This document shows, piece after piece, positions 7,543-16,018 of a stretch of DNA of 64,000 bases. Each line of letters begins with the position of its first letter. The first letter of the stretch is position 1. The stretch comes from Acidimicrobiales bacterium (GTDB lineage Bacteria; Actinomycetota; Acidimicrobiia; Acidimicrobiales; Poriferisodalaceae): the NCBI GenBank assembly GCA_041394185.1, contig JAWKIQ010000004.1, positions 322,075 to 386,074 on the forward strand, written 5' to 3'. The notes under the pieces are model-generated. The model was not told the DNA's origin. It did not search any database and worked only from the letters and a program-made list of their open reading frames with translations. Position numbers and translations under genes: made by a program.

Positions 7543-10500
7543 CTACACCGGATCGGCCAGCGCCACCACGACCTGACGATTGCCGGTGTACGGATCTCGG
7601 CTGTGTGCCATGGCGATGTTGTCGACGAACAACAGATCGTTGGTGCGCAACGGTTCGCTGATCGCACACTTGTCATAGGCGGCGTTGATCGTTTCGACGA
7701 CGTCGGGCCCGATCGGGTCGCCGTTGCCGAACCGGGTGGTGAACGGCAGCCCGTCCTCACCGTAGGTGTCGATCAAGAACTGGCGCACCTCGGGTTTCAT
7801 GGTCCACTCGTTCAGGAACGCAATCTGGTTGAACCAGCTGCGTTCTCCGGTGACGGGGTGCTTGATCACTGCGTCGCGGCGTTGCCTTGTGATCAAGCTG
7901 CCGTCGGGTCGCCATTCGTGGTCGATGCCGTTGTCGCGGCAATAGCGCATGATCGCTGCCCGATCGTCGGTTCCGAACGCCTCGCCGACGGACAGGCCGA
8001 TGTCTTCGCTGTAGCAACGGCACAGCATCCAGCCATGGCGTTCGAAGCGCTCGACCAGGTCGCCAGGAAGGTGGCCGAGCACCTCCGATGACCTTGCCAG
8101 CGAAATCGCGCCACCGCTCTCGCCGGCCTGCAAGCACCCGAAGATGATCTTCGATGGGAACCGGTGTACGTAGCTGAGCTCGTGGTGCATACACATCTGC
8201 TGGTTGGCCGGCCACTGCGATGAGGAGTAGATCCGTGGCGAATGCTCGATGCGTTCGGCGAAGGCCTCTGTGTCTCGGGCCAGTTCGTCTGCGATGCATC
8301 GAGCTGCCGCTGCGAACAGGTCTGGTCCGTTGATGGTCAACCCCCTGACCAGCACGGCACCATGTTCGGTAATAGCCGATCGGAGCGCGGCCTGATGGGC
8401 CGCAACCCATCGGTCGGCGGGTTGCTTGTCATCGACGACGACTAGCGGGGGTCGACCTTCGCCGAGCGACACCTCGAAGGGCTCGGCTTCGGCTCCTTCG
8501 GCGCCAACCCGAGCCGCGGACGTATGGCCCGATTCGGGTTCGCTCGCTTCGGCTGCGACGTCCTCGCCGAGCATCACCTGGCGAACGACTCCAGCTGCGA
8601 GCGACGGTTCGGTGCGGATGAAGAAGTGGCCGCCGCGTTCGAGTTGTATCAACCGGACTGTTTCGGCAAAGCGCTCCCACTCGCCGAGACGCGACGACGC
8701 ATCGGCCGTCGCATCGTCGCCGGCGGCTGAGACGACGATGAGCGGTGTCGCCATCGGTTCGGCGGCCGAACTCTCGAGCTCGTTGATGAAGAAGCGACTG
8801 GCGTTGGAAACGTCGTGTCGATACGCAGCGCCGAGCTGTCCCAGCTGACCTGCGTCGAGGTGCTCGATTTCGGCGTAGCCCGTGGCTTCGAGAAGAGACG
8901 TCGCCATCTTGCGGTCACTCATGGCCGACAGGTCGTCCAGGAACGACCGCCGGAGGGCGACGTCGCCGGGCATCTGGGCGGCGACGAACACAGCCGCCAG
9001 TTCGACACCTTTGTTGCCCAGTCGTCGGGCTACCTCCAAGGCCAACGCAGTTCCAGCCGAGTGCCCCCAAAGCGCCACCGGGCGTTCGCTCAGGGCCGCG
9101 ACCTCGGCAGCGACCCTGTCGGCCACCTCGCCAAGTGGCACGAAATCGTCGTCGTTCTCGCCCATGTCGTGGCCGGGCAACTCGACGGCATGTACCGCCA
9201 ACCCTGATCCGCTCAGTGCTTGTGCGAGCGCCCGAAAGTTGATGGCATTCCCACCCGCGTACGGCATGCACACGAGAACACCGTTGCGTCCGTCGTCGCT
9301 GTCGGACAGTCGCTGCAACAAGCTGTCCGACGTGGCCTCGTCGCCGTCGAGTACGCAAGCCAGGTCGGCCAGCACGGGTGTGCCTGTGACGTCCTTCAGC
9401 GTCACGGCACCGTCGAGAGCCACGACCAGCTCGACCGCCGACAGCGAGCTGCCTCCGCGATCGAAGAAGTTGTCTCGCCGTCCGATCTCGTCGACGGGAA
9501 CTGCGAGAATGCCCGACCATATGTCGGCCAGTCGCCGTTCGGTGTCGGTGCTGAGCGGCTCGTAGTCGTCGACGGGACTGTCGAGCTCGGCCGCCAGCGC
9601 TCTCAGCGCCTTCTTGTTGATCTTGCCGTTGTCGGTCAGCGGCAACGATTCCATCCAGTGGAACACGGTCGGCACCATGTACTCGGGCAACGAACGACCG
9701 AGGTGGTCTTGCAGATCGGCCGCAGAACAGTGGGCGCCCGAGTGGAAGGCGACGAGATGCTGCTCGCCATCTGATTTGTCGGTGACGACGACGGCCGCCT
9801 GTCGCACGCCATCGCGGGTCAGCAGGGTGTTCTCGATCTCGCCGATCTCGATTCGAAAACCGCGGATCTTCACCTGAGCGTCGCGGCGCCCGAGGTACTC
9901 GAGCTTCCCGTCGGGACGCCACCTGCCGAAGTCACCACTCCGATACAAGCGTTCACCCGGGCGGATGGGGTCGGCGAGGTATGCCTGGGCGGTGCGGTCT
10001 GGATCGTTGATGTAGCCCCGACCCACGCAGATACCCGAGAACACGATCTCGCCAGGTGCGCCAAGTGGAACGGGGGCGAGGAACTCGTCGACTACATAGA
10101 CGTACACATTGTTGACCGACGGCCCAAGTGGCACGGTGCCGTAGGGCGCTTCGGTCATCACCTCGTGGTTGGTGTCGTCTGAAGTCTCCGTCAGACCGTA
10201 CGCGTTGGCGAGCTTGATGCCGTCGAGCGACCGGAAGAACCGATGCGCCAGCTCGAGGCTGAGAGCCTCGCCGGTGACCGATACACAGTGCAGGTCGGAC
10301 AGTTCGACCGGGTGTTGTTCGAGGTATGTCAGCAGCACTTCGAGGTACGAAGGCACCACCTGCATAACGCCGACCTTCGCTTCGACGATGAGCTCGGCGA
10401 ACCGGTCGGGCTGCATGATGGTGTCCTGGTCGACGATGAGCGTCGAGCCACCAACCAGCAGCGACGACACGAGCTGCCACAGCGAGATGTCGAAGCACTG

Positions 10501-11172
10501 GGGCGCGATCTGGGCGACAATCTCACCCTCGCCGATGCCGAAGTCGTCGATCTTGGCGTAGAGGTGGTTGATCATTCCGGCGTGCTCGCACATTGCGCCC
10601 TTGGGTTCGCCCGTCGAACCCGAGGTGAAGTAGATGTAGGCCAGCTGATGCAGCCCGACAGCGATGTTCGGGTTCGTTACCGCCGCCGAACTCGCGAGCA
10701 TGTCTTCGACATACAGCTGCCTGGAGGGTGGCAGCGAGCTCAGCGCCTCGGTCAACGTTTCGGTGCTGCCCCGCTCGGTCACGATCAAGGTGCAGCCCGC
10801 CCGGGCCAGGGTTCGCTCGATGCGGCCTGGAGGGAAGTGCGGTTCGATGGGCAGATACACCCCACCCGCCTTGAAGACGCCCAGCACCGACGCCATCCAC
10901 CCGAGGTTTCGTTCGGTGACGACGGCTACCACCGTTTCGGTTGTGACACCGTTCTCGATCAGAGAATGGGCGATACGGTTCGCGTTCTCGTTCAGCTGGG
11001 CGTACGTCCACGCGTCGCCTCGACAGCGCGCTGCGATCGCGTCGGGATGACGTTCGGCTCGCTCTTCGAAAAGCTCATGCATGCGCTTGTCCGGCAGCTC
11101 GCGTTCAGGCCCGCTGAGCCCTTCGATCTGGAACTCGAGTTCGTCGGCTCCGACGACGCTGTGGCGAGCCAC
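7543..11172 (-). CDS. NRPS-like protein: adenylation - PCP - thioesterase - TauD/TfdA-type Fe(II)/2OG dioxygenase
   Basis: A-domain motifs: YFTSGSTGEPKGA, QCFDIS, YGLTET, GEIVFSG..GRGY, YRSGDFGRW, KIRGFRIE. PCP: FFDRGGSSLSAV. TE: WGHSAG. The C-terminal about 300 aa carry MHHE (HxE) and a distal AHSR. The GTG start at 11172 overlaps the upstream TAG (TAGTG). Confidence 0.85.
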   Translation of the reverse strand: MARHSVVGADELEFQIEGLSGPERELPDKRMHELFEERAERHPDAIAARCRGDAWTYAQLNENANRIAHSLIENGVTTETVVAVVTERNLGWMASVLGVFKAGGVYLPIEPHFPPGRIERTLARAGCTLIVTERGSTETLTEALSSLPPSRQLYVEDMLASSAAVTNPNIAVGLHQLAYIYFTSGSTGEPKGAMCEHAGMINHLYAKIDDFGIGEGEIVAQIAPQCFDISLWQLVSSLLVGGSTLIVDQDTIMQPDRFAELIVEAKVGVMQVVPSYLEVLLTYLEQHPVELSDLHCVSVTGEALSLELAHRFFRSLDGIKLANAYGLTETSDDTNHEVMTEAPYGTVPLGPSVNNVYVYVVDEFLAPVPLGAPGEIVFSGICVGRGYINDPDRTAQAYLADPIRPGERLYRSGDFGRWRPDGKLEYLGRRDAQVKIRGFRIEIGEIENTLLTRDGVRQAAVVVTDKSDGEQHLVAFHSGAHCSAADLQDHLGRSLPEYMVPTVFHWMESLPLTDNGKINKKALRALAAELDSPVDDYEPLSTDTERRLADIWSGILAVPVDEIGRRDNFFDRGGSSLSAVELVVALDGAVTLKDVTGTPVLADLACVLDGDEATSDSLLQRLSDSDDGRNGVLVCMPYAGGNAINFRALAQALSGSGLAVHAVELPGHDMGENDDDFVPLGEVADRVAAEVAALSERPVALWGHSAGTALALEVARRLGNKGVELAAVFVAAQMPGDVALRRSFLDDLSAMSDRKMATSLLEATGYAEIEHLDAGQLGQLGAAYRHDVSNASRFFINELESSAAEPMATPLIVVSAAGDDATADASSRLGEWERFAETVRLIQLERGGHFFIRTEPSLAAGVVRQVMLGEDVAAEASEPESGHTSAARVGAEGAEAEPFEVSLGEGRPPLVVVDDKQPADRWVAAHQAALRSAITEHGAVLVRGLTINGPDLFAAAARCIADELARDTEAFAERIEHSPRIYSSSQWPANQQMCMHHELSYVHRFPSKIIFGCLQAGESGGAISLARSSEVLGHLPGDLVERFERHGWMLCRCYSEDIGLSVGEAFGTDDRAAIMRYCRDNGIDHEWRPDGSLITRQRRDAVIKHPVTGERSWFNQIAFLNEWTMKPEVRQFLIDTYGEDGLPFTTRFGNGDPIGPDVVETINAAYDKCAISEPLRTNDLLFVDNIAMAHSRDPYTGNRQVVVALADPV

Positions 11173-12125
11173 TATTGCCCCGGGTCGTCGCACAGCAGAC
11201 GTAGCGCCCGAACGTGGTACCCGGCGATTCGCGTCGCGTATTCGGCGCTGAAGTGGCTGGTGTGATGCCGCACCCTCAGGTGTGAGCCGGCGATGCCCCC
11301 GTACACGCCGACACCCAGCCACACGGCGTCTGGGAGCGAGCCGGTGTTGTCCAGCGACCCCACCACCGTCTCGAACAATGGCGTTTCGAGGTTCAGGTCG
11401 GATCGCAGCGCGCCCAGGTCGAACCCGGCGTGCCTGGTCGCGTCCGCGGCGACCGAAGCCGCATCGCCAACCAGCTCACCGAAGGTCTTGTCGCCACCGA
11501 TGCTGAGGTGGCACGGGAGCGCGACTTGGACCTCGTCGTCGGGAATCAGGCCCATGACGACGTCGCGTTCTCCGGTGAGCGACGCCACAACGTGCGTGTG
11601 CGCCGCCAACAGGACCGCTGTGACCGAGGTGTTGAATCGCTCCGACAGGTCGCGGACCCGAGCCATCAATTCTGTGTCGATGCCGACACTCGTGTCGGCG
11701 ACGCGATCGGTGAGGTCGATCGTCCAACGCGGTAGCGGTGTGAAACCGCCAGACATCAAGACGTCGTGCCAATAGCGCCTGCTGTCCAGTGTCTCAATCG
11801 GTGCGTTGGTGGTTGTTGTTGCATCTGTCGTGGTCGACACGAGTTCCGCCCCCTGGTCTATATGTATGAGTGCTTCGAGCTCGCGGCTGGGGTTCTCGCC
11901 CCAGTGGCTGCCCGGCACGACGTCGCTTCCCTTCATCAGGAACGAGGCCGCATCGAGCGTCGCTCCGTCTCCCATCGTCACGCCGTAGTGCACGAGGCTC
12001 CCGACCCCGAGCGTGACTCCCGATCCGATGACGATGTCGTCGGACTTGAACGAGCCGTCTTCTTGCGAGTGCGGCTGGATGAGAGAACCTGCGTTGAATA
12101 CGCAGTCATCGCCGATGGTGACCAT
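11172..12125 (-). CDS. hexapeptide-repeat (LbH) segment continuing the upstream Pls/PosA-type domain, fused to a C-terminal half of a condensation domain
   Basis: MVTIGDDCVFNAGSLIQPHSQEDGSFKSDDIVIGSGVTLGVGSLVHYGVTMGDGA is LbH. Then YWHDVL..PLP, LLAAH..LTGERDVVMG and PLFETVV resemble condensation motifs C4-C7. No HHxxxDG motif is present. Confidence 0.7.
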   Translation of the reverse strand: MVTIGDDCVFNAGSLIQPHSQEDGSFKSDDIVIGSGVTLGVGSLVHYGVTMGDGATLDAASFLMKGSDVVPGSHWGENPSRELEALIHIDQGAELVSTTTDATTTTNAPIETLDSRRYWHDVLMSGGFTPLPRWTIDLTDRVADTSVGIDTELMARVRDLSERFNTSVTAVLLAAHTHVVASLTGERDVVMGLIPDDEVQVALPCHLSIGGDKTFGELVGDAASVAADATRHAGFDLGALRSDLNLETPLFETVVGSLDNTGSLPDAVWLGVGVYGGIAGSHLRVRHHTSHFSAEYATRIAGYHVRALRLLCDDPGQ

Positions 12126-12131
12126 GGTCTT

Positions 12132-14375
12132 TTAGATGAGTGCGCAGCCGTCGTCGAACAGGCGCTTGCCAACCCGAACCCCGTAAAGCCGCCACATGAC
12201 GCTCTTGAACGGCGTGCCGTTGAACACCGCCGGCTGCGAGCTGAGCTTCCAGAACCGTTCGATGCGCCACGACCTCCGGTCGTAAATCGAGCAGTGCATC
12301 GGTTCGAGGTCGCGGAACCCGATGCTGGCGCGTTCGGCAACCGCCAGATAGACCGGAGCGACGATGGCTGTAGCGATGGCCGTCGCGAACAAGCCCAACG
12401 GGCCGAGCGCATCGAAAGCGTCTATGGCGCCTACAGCGACTGCAACAACCGTGGTGGTCAACAGATACCGATGCGACAGGCCCAAGATCATCGAAGCGAT
12501 GTTGCTTCGGTTCTTCGCCCTCAGCAGGCGCGGGAACTGCTCGCTCTCACGAAGTTCGGCGAACTCTTGATCGCGAAAAACCGATCGAGGTATCTCGAAC
12601 GCGGGCGATCCGAGGAATCCGACTCCGTCGCGTCGTTCGCCGGATGTGGGTACAACCGTCTTCGACGCCAGCAGGCAGTTGTCGCCGACGGTGCTGTGGG
12701 ACGGGTAGAAGATGTTGTTGCCGAAGAAGCTGTCGGAACCAACCCGAACCTCGTTCACCCTAAACGACGTGCTCGAGTAGTCGTTGTTGAGTGCGTAGAA
12801 GCCGTCGGCGGCCATGGTGCCTGGACCGACCGAGACGTAGTACGGGTTCTCGTGGACGACGCTGGTTCCGAAGTTCGACCCTGTCTGCTTCTCGAACGAC
12901 ACGTCGTATCCGATCAGCTTCAGGTAGTGGACGATGTAAGAGGTGTCCCCGAGCAGCCAGGTCCAGAACTTCGAGTTCGTGAAACGCTCGATTCCGCGCT
13001 GAGCCATGTAGTGAAGGCCGTAAAGGCTGTACGTGGTGTTCGGCCGGACAAACACCGACAGGACTCGTCCCGCCGCCACCGCAAGTGCGAGGCGAACGAC
13101 CATCAGGGTCACGAACACCAGCCCGGACAGGATCAGAACCGATACAAGGTCGAAGCCCGCCGAGATACCCAGGAAGCTGTCGGTCTCACTCATCGCCCAA
13201 CGCCAGTCGGCGAGCGCTCCAAACGCCACCGTCGGGAGCGGGAGGGTGACGAGCAGGTGGAACGACAGCTGCAGTAGGCCGTAGCCGAACCGTCGACGGG
13301 TGGACGCGAGGCCCGCTTCGACGGCCATGTAGTCGACGTCGCTATCGGTCGTGGCGGGCACGCCGACCCGTCGCTGGCCCGCAGGGATCGACTGGCCGAC
13401 CCCCAGCGAAGACGAATGGCCGAGTTGGGCGCCGTCGCCGACCTCGCTGTCGATCTCGAGGACGGTGGCTTCACCGACGAACGCGTTGTCGCCGATGCGC
13501 ACCGTTCCGGTCTGGATGACCGAGCCGGTTGCCCTGTAGCCACTGAACACTGCCGAGCGCCGGATCACCGCGCCAGATCCGATAGAGATGAGGTCGGTGC
13601 AGACAGGCATTCCACGAGAGAAGATCACGGCGCCTTCGCCTATGCGGGCGCCGAGCAACCGCAGGTACACCGGGAAGACGGGTGTGCCGGCGAACAACAC
13701 GACCGGATTTGCCCGAAGCGCTGTCTTGACGAGCCAGAAGCGGAAGTATCGGAGACTCCAGATGGGAATGGTCTCCACCTTGAAACGACCGACAAGGGTC
13801 CACTTGAGTGCAACTGGGAACAGGGCCAGGCCTACGAAGTGTCCGCTGCCCACGATGATCGCCCGCAGGTATGTCTGGACCGCTCCAGAACCGTTCGCCA
13901 CCCACTCGTATCCAAACGACAGGGTGAGCGACAGTGCCAGGGCGGTGACGATGAACGTTGCGAGCTGCAGTGCTCCGCACAGCCAATACGAGGCCGTCGA
14001 TGCTGGGGCCGCCGAGGAGTGCAGGGTCGTGCGCGGTCCGTCGGTATCGCGTTGTCCCGCTCGATTGTCGGAATGGGACGTCTGTGCGATCGCTATCTGG
14101 TGCTCGAGGTGATCGGCCAGCCGTGCCGCCGTGGGGTTCTGGTAGACGTCCTTTATTGCCACAGGCGGCAGGCCCGGAACGCTGCGCAGGCGAGCGCAGA
14201 GTTGGGCGATCAGCAACGAATCGGCCTCGAGCTCGTCGAAGAAGTCGGCGTCGGCGTCGATGCCGTCACGTTCGAGTACCGACTCGAGCGCGATTGTGAG
14301 CGCCAGCAGAATCGAAGACTGTTCCTTGCGGATCGCGACCTGTCCAGCTCGGGAAATGGCTCCTGCTCCACCCAT
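12132..14375 (-). CDS. carrier protein (PP-binding) fused to Pls/PosA-type membrane-embedded hexapeptide domain (TIGR02353-like), ended by an in-frame TAA
   Basis: DFFDELEADSLLIAQL is a PP-binding Ser motif. It is followed by alternating TM blocks and LbH stretches (IGEGAVIFSRG..., VSVGPGTMAADG..., VGKRLFDDGCALI*). The start is uncertain: ATG 14375 has GAGGGG upstream, and ATG 14402 is the alternative. Confidence 0.7.
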   Translation of the reverse strand: MGGAGAISRAGQVAIRKEQSSILLALTIALESVLERDGIDADADFFDELEADSLLIAQLCARLRSVPGLPPVAIKDVYQNPTAARLADHLEHQIAIAQTSHSDNRAGQRDTDGPRTTLHSSAAPASTASYWLCGALQLATFIVTALALSLTLSFGYEWVANGSGAVQTYLRAIIVGSGHFVGLALFPVALKWTLVGRFKVETIPIWSLRYFRFWLVKTALRANPVVLFAGTPVFPVYLRLLGARIGEGAVIFSRGMPVCTDLISIGSGAVIRRSAVFSGYRATGSVIQTGTVRIGDNAFVGEATVLEIDSEVGDGAQLGHSSSLGVGQSIPAGQRRVGVPATTDSDVDYMAVEAGLASTRRRFGYGLLQLSFHLLVTLPLPTVAFGALADWRWAMSETDSFLGISAGFDLVSVLILSGLVFVTLMVVRLALAVAAGRVLSVFVRPNTTYSLYGLHYMAQRGIERFTNSKFWTWLLGDTSYIVHYLKLIGYDVSFEKQTGSNFGTSVVHENPYYVSVGPGTMAADGFYALNNDYSSTSFRVNEVRVGSDSFFGNNIFYPSHSTVGDNCLLASKTVVPTSGERRDGVGFLGSPAFEIPRSVFRDQEFAELRESEQFPRLLRAKNRSNIASMILGLSHRYLLTTTVVAVAVGAIDAFDALGPLGLFATAIATAIVAPVYLAVAERASIGFRDLEPMHCSIYDRRSWRIERFWKLSSQPAVFNGTPFKSVMWRLYGVRVGKRLFDDGCALI

Positions 14376-14582
14376 TGGAAGCCCCTCAGAGTCGCGGCGC
14401 ATGCCGTTGCGCCCGCTACTTCGACTATTCGCCACCTGCCGGCGGTGTCCAGGGCCCTTGGTCCCAGTTGCAGTTTGAGTAGCGTTGTTTTTGGGCTGAT
14501 AACTCTCTTCGTGGTGATGGCATCGCTGCAAGTGTCGAATTGATAGGTGTAACCACACCGGCTCGCGACCGTCTAGAAGGAC
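14376..14582. promoter_or_regulatory. divergent intergenic/promoter region between the NRPS-like operon and the rSAM operon
   Basis: About 200 nt non-coding, locally less GC-rich (gtttgagtagcgttgtttttgggctgataactc...gaattgatagg). It is flanked by outward-facing genes. No specific -35/-10 could be assigned. Confidence 0.35.
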
Positions 14583-14804
14583 GTGGATCCCGATCTCTCA
14601 CCAGACCAGACGGCGACGGTTGCGGCACTGGTCGAACGTCTCGTGGCGTTCCACGCTGAACTGGAACCAGCAGAGCAGGCCGAGTTGGAACGTATCGTCT
14701 GGGCGTCGCTGCCCGCCCCTGACCGTTTCGCCCTGAGCGGACGGGCTGAGCCATTCTCGGAGACCGAGAGCGCGCTCGTAGACCGACTCGCAGCGGAGAT
14801 CTGA
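14583..14804 (+). CDS. small acidic helical protein (73 aa), candidate precursor/partner peptide of the adjacent rSAM enzyme
   Basis: GTG start with AAGGA upstream. The stop lies 2 nt before the rSAM start. Residues 15-39 align ungapped with the 96-aa ORF at 16015. Confidence 0.55.
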   Translation: MDPDLSPDQTATVAALVERLVAFHAELEPAEQAELERIVWASLPAPDRFALSGRAEPFSETESALVDRLAAEI

Positions 14805-14806
14805 TC

Positions 14807-16018
14807 GTGAGCGAATCGGTGACCCTCATCATGAAGGCCACGCGGTTGTGCAACCTTCGTTGTGACTACTGCTACGACTGGCGTGCCGAGAAGAACCAGA
14901 TCATGTCATTCGAGGTTCTGGCGCACACGATCGCACGGGTCCTGCGCCACCAAGAACACCGGGTCGTTGAGTTCGTCTGGCACGGGGGCGAGCCGACACT
15001 GCTCGGCATGGAGTTCTTCGAACGGGCCATGCTGTTGCAGGCCCGCTTCCGCCGCACCGGACAGATCGTCCGCAACACCATCCAGACCAACGCGACACGC
15101 GTGGACGGCGAGTGGGCGGACTTCCTCGCCCGACACGACTTCGAGGTCGGCGTCTCCATCGACGGTCCGGAGGCCATTCACGATCGGACCCGCCTCTACG
15201 CGAACGGCAAACCGTCCTGGAGTGATGTGCGAACCGGGTTGCGGACACTCGTCGATCGCGGCGTAAACGTCGGAGTCTTGATGGTCGTCGACCGCCCCGT
15301 CCTCGACCTTGGCCCTCGCAGGGTCGTCGACTTCTTCATCGCCGAAGACATCAAGGCCTACGGCCTGCTGGCCGCCAAGCCGGCGAGCCAAGTGGAGCGA
15401 ACCCCTGGCGAAGCGACGCCCCACTATGTGACGCCGCGCGAAATGAGCGAGTTCCTGATCGGTGTCGACGAATGCCTCGCGGCCCACGGCGACCCAGACA
15501 TCCAGGTCCGCGAGCTCGAAGCCTTGCGCACCAAGATTCGTGGATCGGGACGGCGCCACTGCACCTTGTCGGGATTCTGTGTCGGCAAGTACTTCGTCGT
15601 CGAGCCCGATGGCGAGGTCGCCCATTGCGATCTGTTCGTCGGCGACCCCGACTACACGCTGGGCAACGTTCTGGAGGACACCTTCTCGGACTTCCGAGCC
15701 TCATCCAACGCCACAAACCTGCGCGGCCGCAACGAGCGCGAAGTGGCTGCGATGTCGAGCTGCTCGGGTTTCGACATCTGTGCAGGCTGGTGCCCTCATG
15801 AGCGCTACAGCGCGGTACGTCACGATCCCGAGTACGACCCGTCGTGCTGCGGCCAAAAGACCCTCATCGAGCACCTGATTGCACGCGAGGAGGCCGCACC
15901 ATCTGTCACCAGAACCTCGGTGCAGATCGCGGAGCGCCGACCCGGCTCGATACCGACCCGAGATCGATTCGAAGACCTTTCCGGATCCAGCAATATCAAC
16001 GAGGAGACACGAACATGA
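14807..16018 (+). CDS. radical SAM / SPASM-domain maturase (anSME-like)
   Basis: CNLRCDYC (CX3CX2C) at residues 16-23 and HGGEPTL. C-terminal Cys-rich blocks: HCTLSGFCVGKYFVVEPDGEVAHCD, SCSGFDICAGWCPHE, PSCCGQ. Confidence 0.88.
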   Translation: MSESVTLIMKATRLCNLRCDYCYDWRAEKNQIMSFEVLAHTIARVLRHQEHRVVEFVWHGGEPTLLGMEFFERAMLLQARFRRTGQIVRNTIQTNATRVDGEWADFLARHDFEVGVSIDGPEAIHDRTRLYANGKPSWSDVRTGLRTLVDRGVNVGVLMVVDRPVLDLGPRRVVDFFIAEDIKAYGLLAAKPASQVERTPGEATPHYVTPREMSEFLIGVDECLAAHGDPDIQVRELEALRTKIRGSGRRHCTLSGFCVGKYFVVEPDGEVAHCDLFVGDPDYTLGNVLEDTFSDFRASSNATNLRGRNEREVAAMSSCSGFDICAGWCPHERYSAVRHDPEYDPSCCGQKTLIEHLIAREEAAPSVTRTSVQIAERRPGSIPTRDRFEDLSGSSNINEETRT

